Shown piece after piece: positions 11,993-31,770 of a stretch of 64,000 bases of DNA. A program made the translations under genes and the position numbers. The notes below the pieces were generated by a model. The model made no database searches and was not told the origin of the DNA. It worked only from the letters and a program-made list of their open reading frames with translations. The stretch is from Hormiphora californensis. Taxonomy: Eukaryota > Animalia > Ctenophora. The DNA is taken from assembly GCA_020137815.1 (NCBI GenBank), contig CM035353.1, forward strand, positions 5,704,001 through 5,768,000, written 5' to 3'. The stretch's first letter is position 1. Every line of letters starts with the position of its first letter.

Positions 11993-13303
11993 ATGTCTAT
12001 GCTTTGGAGTCTGGTCAGTACTATCCAGCTGAAAAAGATAGTAATATTCAATAGGTACTGAGAATCTGATTACCCGGCCGCTTGCTGTCTGGCGCCGCCG
12101 ACCCCATCTGAGCGCACTGAGAATCAAATGGGGTATGGCGCCGCCATACAGGCAGCTTGTAGTAGTGGAGAAACGGTTTTCCATTACAGAACGCAGACTC
12201 TGCACTACAAGCACCACTACACTGTACCAGTGGTGCATGTAGTGGAGATACCGCATGATTATTGAGTAGGGGCTAATATAACATTGCAGTTTATATCTTT
12301 CTTGGCAAAACATTAACCTCTCTCACTCTTTCTGTTGGATTCAAGGTCCAAATCGGTCTACACGAAAAAGATAAAGAAGTTGATTACTAAAAACGGCTAT
12401 AAAGATGATGACTGCTTGGTGAGAACATGACACAGAAATCTTTTTGGTATCTATAAGTGAAATTTGAAAACTGCGACCAGTTGAAATTAAATTGAGTCCA
12501 ATATCATTATGACCCACTACGAATTCAGATTTATTCTTCAGGTTATCAACCTTGACGAGTTGAAAGCTGGTGATAATGTTCTTGCAAACTTATACAAACT
12601 AACTGGTAATTAATATTTAATTAGTAACTACTCATTTTGTTGTTTAAACTCGGCTGTTCTAGAAAACAGTATTGTGTTTATGGTACATGGGACACTGCAA
12701 CATATCCCCTTACTGCTGCAGGTGACACGGACTTACCGAAGGTTTTTGTAGAAGAGACCTACATGGGTGGGTACAATGACTTAAAAGCTGCCGTTATGAC
12801 TGGACAATTCAAATACATATCAAGAGATAGGTATATTTATTTGATTGGTATCTAAATATTGAGAGTATTGACCCTTACTACTTGGTTATCACATTACGAC
12901 CATCTTCTCGCCAAGAAACTGTATTGGTCAGATACCGTATCCCCACTACTACAACTGCAGTAGTGAGGATACGGTGTACTTGTATCAAGTAGCACTGTTA
13001 TAATCAGGAACCGACCGAATCAGGAAATACTGGTCCCTGATTGGCTGATAACCAGTCACGTGACCTAGATAACGAGTTCTGATTGGTTGTTTACTTGTAT
13101 CAAGTAGAACTGTTATAATGTCCCTTTTCAGGGGGTGTATTGAATGTGACGATAATTGGAAAAGTAACCGGTTCACTGATAAGCTTGATATCCTACCAAC
13201 CCTACCCGCCACAACAGCTGTTCCATTACAAACCTCGTCCGCCTTCGGGAAGGCACTGGGGGCCAAGGAGTTTTCTATCAAACCATCTTTCGGTAAACAT
13301 TAA
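11993..13303 (+). CDS. Glutaredoxin-fold gene 8, active site replaced (SVYT), C-terminal GCIEC
   Basis: Exons 11993-12054, 12346-12419, 12542-12605, 12722-12830, 13132-13303: KKIVIFNRSKSVYTKKIKKLI..VINLDELKAGDNVLANLYKLTGDTDLPKVFVEETYMGGYNDL..RGCIECDD..GKH*. Confidence 0.85.
12085..12152. repeat. Short dispersed repeat family (tgtctggcgccgccgaccccatctgagcgcact)
   Basis: Related copies at ~13321-13385, 16856-16936 (reverse), 20385-20445 and 31284-31345. Confidence 0.7.
12977..13119. repeat. Intronic interspersed element bounded by a 28-bp direct repeat
   Basis: tacttgtatcaagtag(c/a)actgttataat at 12977-13004 and 13092-13119 flanks caggaaccgaccgaatcagg..tgattggctgataaccagtcacgtgacc. Confidence 0.65.
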
Positions 13304-14279
13304 TGACACTAGCATGGGAGCTGTCTGGCGCCGCCGACCCCATCTGAGCACTCTGTCCCAATTTGAGAATCAAATGGTGGTATACAGCATGGGACACATA
13401 ATTTTGTTTTTACTTTATATAGCTGGCCTATTAAATTTGTGTGTTTCATGGTTGGAAGATCCATGGAAGTCAATTTGTTTTGTAATTATGTCATTGTGTG
13501 GTTATATCGTGGTCGACCATTTACTAATTATAGATCGAAATGTGATTGTACGAAAAAGCTTTATAACGTTGCCAACAAAACCACTGCTTCTTTTTTCCAC
13601 GTGTATTTTACTACCATCTTTCCTTGATCTTAGTGATCTTATTCTTTATCTTGCTCTGGTCTCTGTTGTTTCATGATAGAGAGAATTTGAGGAGGATATA
13701 GTGGGTAATTTGTTGCCATGCCACGCAGTCTGTCTGTTCGGCACTTTAAGCGCCTCGGCTTACGCTCGCCCTTACGCTCGCCCTTCGCGTAAGCTCACAC
13801 CGGGCCTTCGGCCCGGTGTGAGAGCTGACAGACAAGGAACATGTCAAGTAATTTGTTCGCTTAACAAATAGCTATTCATCAATATATTTTAGGACCCTAG
13901 GATCCTAAAATTTATTGATTCAAACACAAGGAAAAGCTGCTTTGTTCAAATTAATCACGTGGATACACTTGATGCTAGGTTGACGTGATTCGTTCAACAT
14001 GATCATTACATGAGTATTCACATCTTGAATTTACTCAATTTATCTTTAATTGAATGCTCTGTGTAGTGGCTCTGGGTAGTGGCTATTCGCCTGATAATCA
14101 TTCATTTTGAAACATTGCTGTTTAGTACGAGCTGTTTAGATATTCAAATCATGCTGTTTTTATGTCGCCAATAAATTTAACATTGCCATAATAGATGTAT
14201 GATGACTTTTTTCGGACATCTTTGAGAGACAGAGGTACCATCTGCACACCCATTTAAATCTCGAATCGGTTACCGTTTC

Positions 14280-14316
<37 letters not shown>

Positions 14317-14419
14317 GATTCCCGTCTCTGTGTCTCCCGATCTCTCAATCTTGTCTTTTCCGTGTTGGCATGGCAATTGTGTGATACATATTAGAATGTT
14401 AGTTTAACACGTGATCAGT

Positions 14420-14650
<231 letters not shown>

Positions 14651-14866
14651 CTCTCATTCCTGCAATTATACTCATGTGCCTATAAATTTTGGTCGAGCAA
14701 GGTCGAGTTAGCCTAGGTGAAATCTAATCAGATCATCATCTTGACTGAGCGAAAAAGGGAAAAATGGAGTAGAGCATCTAGGGCCGGAAATAGGGCAGCA
14801 AAAAAAGAGCAGAACTGGATCGTACAGGGATCAGGATTTAAGAGTCTATTGTCAAAATATTTAATG

Positions 14867-15113
14867 GATGATGACGTCAACAAATAGATGATGACGTCAA
14901 CAAATAGATGATGACGTCAACAAATAGATGATGACGTCAGCAAATAGATGATGACGTCAACAAATAGATGATGACGTCAACAAATAGATGATGACGTCAA
15001 CAAATAGATGATGACGTCAACAAATAGATGATGACGTCAACAAATAGATGATGACGTCAACAAATAGATGATGACGTCAACAAATAGATGATGACGTCAA
15101 CAAATAGATGATG
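14867..15113. repeat. 20-bp minisatellite, 12 copies, each containing TGACGTCA
   Basis: Unit gatgatgacgtcaacaaata; 12 copies counted. Confidence 0.95.
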
Positions 15114-16047
15114 GATAAATGATCTAGAAGACATGTTCGACAAGAATAGAGTGGAAAATCCGCGAGAGAAACTTGACAATTAGAAAGAGAGAGGGAGAAA
15201 GAGAGGGAGAAAGAAAGAGAGCGAGAGAGAGATATAGAGAGGGAGAGAGAGATGCTAACTGATCTTTACACATGACACGGAAAGCTATCAGATCGGTCTA
15301 CAGCTGCTGTCTACACAGCTTTTCATGCACATGTGTACGCATACACGTATTTCTGGTCTTTGTGATTGACGTTCATACAGAATTTGGCAGCCATCATACA
15401 TAACTAGCATGTAATACTTTACTATTATTATGTGAAAATTGTAAATCTTGTGTATCTATAATTATAGCGTTCTCTTACGGTCCGTGGTTTTTGAGGAACC
15501 TATAAATTATCATATTCGGAAATTCCGGAAATCAGCTTTCGTAGAATCATCTGCTCTTCTTCCTCGTATTATAGTAGATCGTCTCCCAGCTTTTTGTGGT
15601 TAACTTAACATCGCTTATAGGAGATGGATTATTATAAGCAGAGAGGGACAGACATAGAGCGACGAATAGATAGTGAGATAGAGAGAGAAAGAGAGAAAGA
15701 GAGAAAGAAAGAGAGAAGGAGAATAGAAAACGATTAGAAAGGACCTTAATTAGATGGAGAGACATTAATTAAAAGGACCGAAAAAGAATGAATTGAAGAT
15801 GTATTATTGCTGAGAGTCCATGGAACATAATACGATATTGTTTTACGAGCTGATTACTATTATATACGGCGACTTTCGTCGTCAATTATACGCAATGATC
15901 TAATCGCAACCTCGAAATCATTTGTTTTTTGTTTATGATTTAGCCATTCCTCTTCATCTCTTACACTTCATAGTCTATCTCTCAATTAAGCTGGCTCTCC
16001 CTCTTTATATCTGTATCTATCTCTCTCTCTCTCTCTCTCTATCTCTA

Positions 16048-16151
<104 letters not shown>

Positions 16152-16524
16152 CCCTCTTTCTCTCACTCTCTTTTAGATCACACTTCTGAAAACACGCGAT
16201 TCGTATGATATAGATAGTGATGGTAGAAATCATAAATCTGTTCACTTGTAATTATGATCTTATGTTGATTCAGGCTGTTTTTATGTGTGAATTGGCTAGT
16301 TTTCTTATAGCAACACACTTCCGTCAATCGTCATAAGGGGCCGTCCCCACTGTCCGAGTTCGTAGTTTCGTACACACATAATTGAGGCAAAATTAGGGTA
16401 ATCATTGAATAGGTACTCATATTTTCTCGATGAAATTGTGGGTCAAATCACAAGAACTCAGTTCAGCTAATATCTTCTACGAAAAAAACCGGTAAAATTT
16501 TGGTAAATCCAGGCCTTTCATCAG

Positions 16525-16610
16525 TATAAATTGGGTTATAGTAAACAAAAAAAGCAAAAACTTATGATCATAAGTTTTTGCTTTTTTTGTTTACTATAAC
16601 CCAATTTATA
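16525..16610. repeat. Perfect 86-bp spacerless palindrome
   Basis: tataaattgggttatag..cttatga|tcataag..ctataacccaatttata, centred on tgatca at 16565-16570. Confidence 0.85.
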
Positions 16611-16939
16611 AACCCAATTCACCATGCTACGATTGTATTGATTTCTTTTTGCGATCTAACGATTTGTTAACATTTAGTGTCATCTATCTTGGGCACAAAA
16701 CAACTTTTCTCTTTCGTTCTTTAATTGGCCATGATAATTGATAAATTAGTAAAGTGTTTGTCTGGCCAAACATCATGCTTAGAAAATGATTGGTTGCTAG
16801 CTTTTGCTCTTCATTTGTAATCTCTCTTCGCCCCAATGTAAAATGCACTGAAATCTCCTGTATGCAGCGGCGCCATACCTCCCATTTGATTCTCAACGCG
16901 ACAGTGCGCTCAGATGGGGTCGGCGGCGCCAGACAAGAA

Positions 16940-17486
16940 ATCTCTATCTCTATCTCTATCTCTATCTCTATCTCTATCTCTATCTCTATCTCTATCTCTA
17001 TCTCTATCTCTATCTCTATCTCTATCTCTATCTCTATCTCTATCTCTATCTCTATCTCTATCTCTATCTCTATCTCTATCTCTATCTCTATCTCTATCTC
17101 TATCTCTATCTCTATCTCTATCTCTATCTCTATCTCTATCTCTATCTCTATCTCTATCTCTATCTCTATCTCTATCTCTATCTCTATCTCTATCTCTATC
17201 TCTATCTCTATCTCTATCTCTATCTCTATCTCTATCTCTATCTCTATCTCTATCTCTATCTCTATCTCTATCTCTATCTCTATCTCTATCTCTATCTCTA
17301 TCTCTATCTCTATCTCTATCTCTATCTCTATCTCTATCTCTATCTCTATCTCTATCTCTATCTCTATCTCTATCTCTATCTCTATCTCTATCTCTATCTC
17401 TATCTCTATCTCTATCTCTATCTCTATCTCTATCTCTATCTCTATCTCTATCTCTATCTCTATCTCTATCTCTATCTCTATCTCTC
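16940..17486. repeat. (TCTCTA)n hexanucleotide microsatellite, ~90 copies
   Basis: Uninterrupted hexamer run. Confidence 0.97.
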
Positions 17487-18586
17487 TGGAGATTTACCAT
17501 TTCACGTATGATTGAAAGACAAAAGATCATTTTACAACGTTGACTTCATCCTTTGATTCTTTGATCTTTCAATGATTCTGTTGGCCCGTTTTTCTATTAC
17601 AATCAAGCCTCGATTAACAGGACTCATGCAGGGGAAGGTAAACCGAGACTCCGGCCCGGGTAATCGAGTTCCCACCATGTGTGTGTTTTGTCATTTTCAG
17701 TATTTCCAAATCATGTGTGGCTCATGATGAATTGGTGCTTTCCAACTGGGAGAAAATTTGTTATGCTGTAATCACGTGGTATCGTGGCATGGCGATATCG
17801 GATGAATCGAAAGTATAACCATGATAGTGCAATTGTTATTGTTTTTTCTTCGTATTTTGTTCTGGATTATCATTGTATTTGTCATTTGTTTCTAGTCATT
17901 TTCTCCGCATGTAGTCTTGATCTGCTGTTTTTTCAACAATTCAAGTTGAATCTGATTATGGGAGGAATCCTACGCAATTCCTCAATGTAGGATAAAAATG
18001 TAAGATAGAAGTGTTTTGTGACATGTGATAGATACATCGTGATATGAAGGGAGATCCATCTATAGAAACAGAGAGAGAGAGAAAGAAGCGGCGTGGCTCG
18101 AAACAGAAATAAAGGAATGGGGGTATCAATGATTGGCTGCAATTAACGCCTAATTTATACGATAGAGTGAAGTCACATATAACTCTCTTCTTCGAGATTC
18201 TCTGTGATCGATTGTGTATTACCTATTTTATCTATCTATCATTTTCCCTCTCTCTCTCTCCCTATCTGGTTCTCTCACTTTTTCATCCTCTGTTTTCATT
18301 TTCTCTTTTTCTCCTTCTCCCTAATTCTCTCTAGCTCTATATAATTCTCTCAATATCTCTCTAATTCTCTTCATGTCTCTAATTCTCTCTATCTCTGTCG
18401 GCCTAAATTTCTTGCCTAGATTATCTCTTCCTGTCTCCCATCCCGATTTCAGTGTTGCCATCAATGCCCGTATTTATGTATGATTTCTTACGCGAGCGGC
18501 GCCATTCTTGACTATGAAGATAAATTCTCGCCATCTTTCTGCTAACCCTGATAGGCCAAACCATCATTTAATCACCATCAAATGAA

Positions 18587-18633
<47 letters not shown>

Positions 18634-19029
18634 CTCTTTTCTGTTTAGTCAATGATTAATCACATATGCTAGCCATTCTTTGTTCTCTTGTTCGTTACAA
18701 ATCCAGTTTTACCAAATTGAGAGAGAGAGAGAGATATAGAGATAAAGATAAAGAGAGAGAGAGAAATAGAAAGAGAGATAGAGAGAGGAAGAGATCATAG
18801 ATAGAGATAGAGAAATTCTTACAGCATTTATATTTGGCTACGAAGTTACCGCTTGCCAGCGCGCGCGAAGGTCGCCCGGCGGCGAGGGGGTTATTTCGTA
18901 ACCAACATTTATATATGATACCTAGCGATAAGGCAACAAACAGCTGCGATATTACCATGAGGCATGGAATGTATCGATATAGTTTTGTTTTTATGTTTGA
19001 TCTTCATTGTGTGTTGACAGGTCGATCTA

Positions 19030-19353
19030 CTTTTCTTTGAACACCACCTCACTTTCTTCATACACCACCTCACTTTCTTCATACACCACCTCACTTTCTT
19101 CATACACCACCTCACTTTCTTTGAACACCACCTCACTTTCTTCATACACCACCTCACTTTCTTCAAACACCACCTCACTTTCTTCATACACCACCTCACT
19201 TTCTTCATACACCACCTCACTTTCTTCATACACCACCTCACTTTCTTCATACACCACCTCACTTTCTTCATACACCACCTCACTTTCTTCATACACCACC
19301 TCACTTTCTTCATGATACACCACCTCACTTTATTCATACACCACCTCACTTTC
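19030..19353. repeat. 21-bp minisatellite, ~15 copies
   Basis: Unit tcatacaccacctcactttct. Confidence 0.95.
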
Positions 19354-20862
19354 TTAAAATATTCTGTACTAATGCGACCCTTACATTTCGACCATGATCT
19401 AAATGATCTATTGTCGGTATGATATGATATTGCTGTGATGCTTTATGAATCTAAATCTCTTCAACATCTTTTTTTCTCACAAACAGATACATTTTTGTCA
19501 TAATGCCATGTCATTTTCCCATACAGCTACTGTGCACACATGTGTGCCTAACACAGTTTGGTAAGGTCTAAATATTATCTGCATATGTTGGCATGTTCCG
19601 CATCCTATATATATTTGTGCTTAGAGAATTGGGTGTGATATGAACAAGCTTTATGGAATTTATGGAAGCAGGCCTAGCAGCAGTCATTTCCCAAATCAAA
19701 ATCAAATTTAGTAAAGATATATAGTGAAACTAACCTGTTGGCGTCTATTAATAGAAGGGATATTTTGACATATTGGGCAAATTAAAACTCTAGTCCTAGG
19801 CTAGACTTATCAACATATAAGCAGTGTTATATGCCTCCCATAAATATATGTTTCACTGACTTCTTTCATATATAATGTGTTTCAAAGTGTTCTAGGTATT
19901 ACACCTCCATAGAGTCTAGATTCAGTCGGTAGTTCCAAAGTCGAAAAACGCACATATAATATCCAATTATGATGGACGAAAATTAACTAAAATCTTCTTA
20001 CCCCACCCCTAACAAAGTTATATTCATGGGGGATCAAGCATTTTAGCCTGTGCATAAAATTACAATTTAGATCACGAGAATTACTGTTAGTGATGATCAC
20101 ATGCTCCACTATGTTTCCTATCAATCCCACCATAGTTATTTTCAATATTCTCAGTGTGTGGTATTTAGATAAGCAAATATATAGCTGCACTGCACCTGTT
20201 CGCGGAGGGGAGGAAGCCATTCAAGTTTTTTGTTTTTTTGTTAAAGTCGCTAAACTGTGGTGGAATTCTTATGCAGTTCATCTTGTGCACGTGACCTAAT
20301 TTTAAACATATTTGTGTAAATATTAGCGATCTGTTGATTATACACTGACACCGCAGCTCAGACTTTTCAGTTTTCCAGTAAGTTGCTGTCTGGCGGCGCC
20401 ATTTGATTCTAATGGTGTGCTCAGATGGGGTCCGCGGCATTAGGCAGGTAAACTGTCGAGTGTCGACTGTGTAAAACTTTATTTCCCGATCTGAACCAGT
20501 GCAGGGTGCATTTTAAAAACAGTCTGTTTTCGCAAAAAATTAGTTAAGTAATGTAAAATTGTGAATCTAAATCCAGCTCCTACACACACCTGTGAAATTC
20601 AGCCAAACTCAGTTATTGCATTAACTTGTTTTAGAAGCAGCTCATATATTTCCCCTGCAGCTAGTCTGGCCGGCTCTTTAAGCTTCATGCCAACTGAATT
20701 GATGGAGTTCATTGTTTGGTAATGGTTGATTACCTCAGACTGCAGCTAATTAGACGCATGAATTAGAGTCTTAAAAGTTAGGTAACATAGACAGGAGCTA
20801 CGCCGTAAATTTAACCATTTATAGTACACAGAAAATCCCAGTGTACTGCCGCTTAGTGTCTG

Positions 20863-21188
20863 ACGGTGTATATTGTATAAGGTCCAAATGAGGCACGGAG
20901 CTTTTCTTAATCAGCTTTTCAAGACGAATCCAACGCAACCGAAATTAGCTTTCTATCTTATCGGGAAGGTTCGGTTCACACACGCTCATTTTTAGTCATT
21001 TTGCCGCGCGAGCCAATCAGAGGCCAGAATTTCGAAATCAAGCCCTCTGATTGGCTCGCGCGGCTAAAAATGAAAAAAGTGAACCACACCTTCCCGATGA
21101 GATAGAAAGCTAATTCCGGTTGCGTTGGATTCGTCTTGAAAAGCTGATTCAGAAAAACTCCGTGCCTCATTTGGACCTTATACACCGT
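20863..21188. mobile_element. Foldback MITE
   Basis: Arms gtataaggtccaaatgaggcacggag.. / ..ctccgtgcctcatttggaccttatac, ~140 bp each, short centre. Confidence 0.8.
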
Positions 21189-22841
21189 TACTAGCATCAT
21201 GCTTTTTCGCCGAGCCAAAGCTCATTAGAGACATTTCGTAAGGTTTTATTGCGATTCGTTTAAACAATACCTAACTATTAACTCCCTAGTTTAACCCGTC
21301 TAGCTTTCCTACATTTCTCTATAATCTTTCTGCTTTCTCTCTCTGTTAATTTTATATTTATGTATCACCTCCATACCATGCTCTTGGTCGCGTGCTCATT
21401 TGGCCACCATGGATATATTATATGTGTGTGTTCTTATTCTCTCTCCCCAGCTGGTTCAATCCGCTAATCATCCTGATCCAATTATAAAGCTAGGCGAGGG
21501 AGAGATGGAGAGGTGAAAAAGAGAGATAGGGAGATAGAGTGAGAAAGGGGAAAGAGAGACAGAGTGAGAAAGGGGAAAGAGAGATAGAGAGAGATGGAGA
21601 GATAGAGTGAGAGAGGGGAAGAAAAGACAATTTTATTGAGTGTCAAAGAATAAGTGGTAACATGGTTATCATAATGGAAACCAACCAAAAAATCAAGAAA
21701 GAAACGGAGAGATTTATCTATGATCTCTCCATTTCTTTCTTGATTTTTTTGGTTGATCATCAATGCATTGATTTCAGACAAAATATGTATTAACATACCG
21801 TTCTCATGAGGACTTTTGTTTTAAATAAAGAAATAAAGAAATTAGATGGTTTCCATTCTTCTTCTGTAATTCCATCATTTTCTCTGATTAGTTTTGCGGT
21901 CCATTCCGTAGACTCATTGTTTTGGATCGTTGAAGAAAGAGATAATAATAGACTACATCAAGTTGGTATTGCCAATTGGTATTGCTTGGGCCGAAACAAA
22001 TAATTAGGTATATATCGTGATCTCATCATTGACCATTATGAACTCCCATGGGCAGAATTAAAAGGTTAAACTAAAAAACTCTTTAGTAGTTTAAGACATG
22101 TTGATTGAATTGGTATGCCGATGCCAAATCTCAGTCTGATATTGCAGTGTGTAACATTTTATACGATGTATTTGTTGTATTTTGGTTGCCTTTCATTATC
22201 ACCTCGCCGCACAAACATTCAGTATAGTGAAACTATTCATATATAGGGCATACGTTTTCTCACATTACATATGTTTTGATTATAATTTGAGCTTGGGCCA
22301 AGCTCTCTAGTTTTGTCCGTAAGCTGTTGTTGTTAATCGTGTAAGGCCAGGCCACTACCAGAGTTTGAACAAAATGCGTTTCTATTCTTTAGTACAGCCG
22401 GACCCCGATTTGCCAGGCCCCGATCTACTGGAACCCCAATTTACCAGGAGGATATAAAAGTATTCGACCCCGATATGAGCAAAACCCTTTTCCCCCGAGT
22501 ATCCCGGTAAATCGGGCCATCGGGGTCCGACTGTATACAACAGGGCAACAATTATATATCAAAACGAGTTGCATATTAACATTGCTGAATTATATTGTAG
22601 CCATGGCATAATCGGTTGTTCAATTCAAAACTTGATAAAAGTGGAATTTTGAGAAATCACTAAACTTCACTAATAAAATTCACCGCCATCAGCACATTAA
22701 TGAGCTACGAAGGTTTGTAAAATCCTTGACTTATTTGTATCGAAAATCATTAATACAGAAATAATATTTACTCTTCAGTGTTAGATGTAGCTAATTTTAA
22801 TGTTATCTGACACCATGCAGTGCGATTTACAAAATTTAATA

Positions 22842-23013
22842 CAGTCGGACCCCGATTTACCGGGATGCTCGGGGGAAAGGGTTTTGCCCGGTAAATCGGG
22901 GTGCCCGGTATATCGGGGCAAAATATCGTCAATTTCTTATATCGGGGGAAGTTTATCCTCCCGGTAAATCGGGGTCCCGGTAAATCGGGGCCCGGTATAT
23001 CGGGGTCCGACTG
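22842..23013. mobile_element. Tc1/mariner(pogo)-type MITE, cagtcggacccc family
   Basis: Same TIR and TA TSD as 8652-8808; degenerate copy nearby at 22395-22533. Confidence 0.9.
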
Positions 23014-23092
23014 TACATCTATCATACATCTATCCAACGCGATATTTTGTTATCCAACGCGATATTTTATTTTTTAACATCTATCATGTCAG

Positions 23093-30885
<7,793 letters not shown>

Positions 30886-31770
30886 TCACAAAGCAACGGC
30901 TATATATCGGGAAGAGGGCGGATCAGTATCATTAGAGATCATCTTGATCATACAACTGCTTCAAAATTCAGCAGACTCAGGAAGGAGGATATATATATCA
31001 ATTGTAGTGATGCACCTAATGATCTTCAAAAAGGCAGGATTTAAAAAAAAAGATGGACGGATGGATAAGGGACCATGGATAAGGGACCGTTCATCGGATC
31101 AATGATCTATATGTTGTAAGTGCAGGAGAGAGAAGAGTTCAAGGATAATGAATATTGTTGGATATACGACTGGTGTTTTCAACTGTTTTCTTTAAATACC
31201 ATTAAGCAATCGCTGTTTATTTGCATTGGCTTGGAAGACAGCTGTAGTATGTGTTTCAAATGAAACTAGTCTCTTTCGGTAACTGTCTGGCGGTGCCTAT
31301 ACCCGTTCTGAGCGCACTGTTAAGCTTCATAACGGGGTCTGACGGAGCCTAATATAGCTCAGGAAAGGTTAGTAAAGCTTGGCAAGCCGTGGTTTATTTA
31401 CACATGACAGAGTTGACAGTTGTGTGTGAAAAATAAACTACGGGAATACGATGTATTTGGCATAGAGTCTTTGCATTGTATTGGTTTGAGTTTTTAATTC
31501 AAATGTTTGTTTTTATTGAAGAAATCTCCTCTCACATAGTCATTCATAGTCATGAATTAACGATTCTGATTCACCCTAGTACGACTTCTGTTAGCCAGGA
31601 ATCTGTTTTGTTGACCAATGAATACCGCTTGGACCTTGGTGACATTGCCACCTATTCACTCCCACGCATATTATACCTATGTCACCATTGGTTGGTTGGT
31701 TGGTTGGTTGGTTGGTTGGTTGGTTGGTTTTTTGGTTAGATATGGTTGGTTAGATATGGTTGGTTAGATA

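Noticed and set aside
137-13303. Single multi-domain poly-glutaredoxin gene
   Set aside because: Each unit has its own ATG and an in-frame stop in its terminal exon, so these are eight separate CDSs.
13140-13676. 178-aa hydrophobic ORF
   Set aside because: Overlaps the last exon of Grx gene 8 out of frame and runs through a dispersed repeat and AT-rich 3'UTR.
18909-19349. Repetitive ORFs (KKVRWCM, YTTSLSS, VVYEESE) and a CRISPR-like appearance
   Set aside because: 21-bp head-to-tail minisatellite open in several frames; no unique spacers, no cas genes, eukaryotic context.
22600-22715. Candidate first coding exon of the K+ channel
   Set aside because: No reading frame joins the 23093 exon without a stop; the start is left unresolved.
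22768-23037. 89-aa ORF with PDIPGPDLPG
   Set aside because: Translation of the cagtcggacccc MITE.
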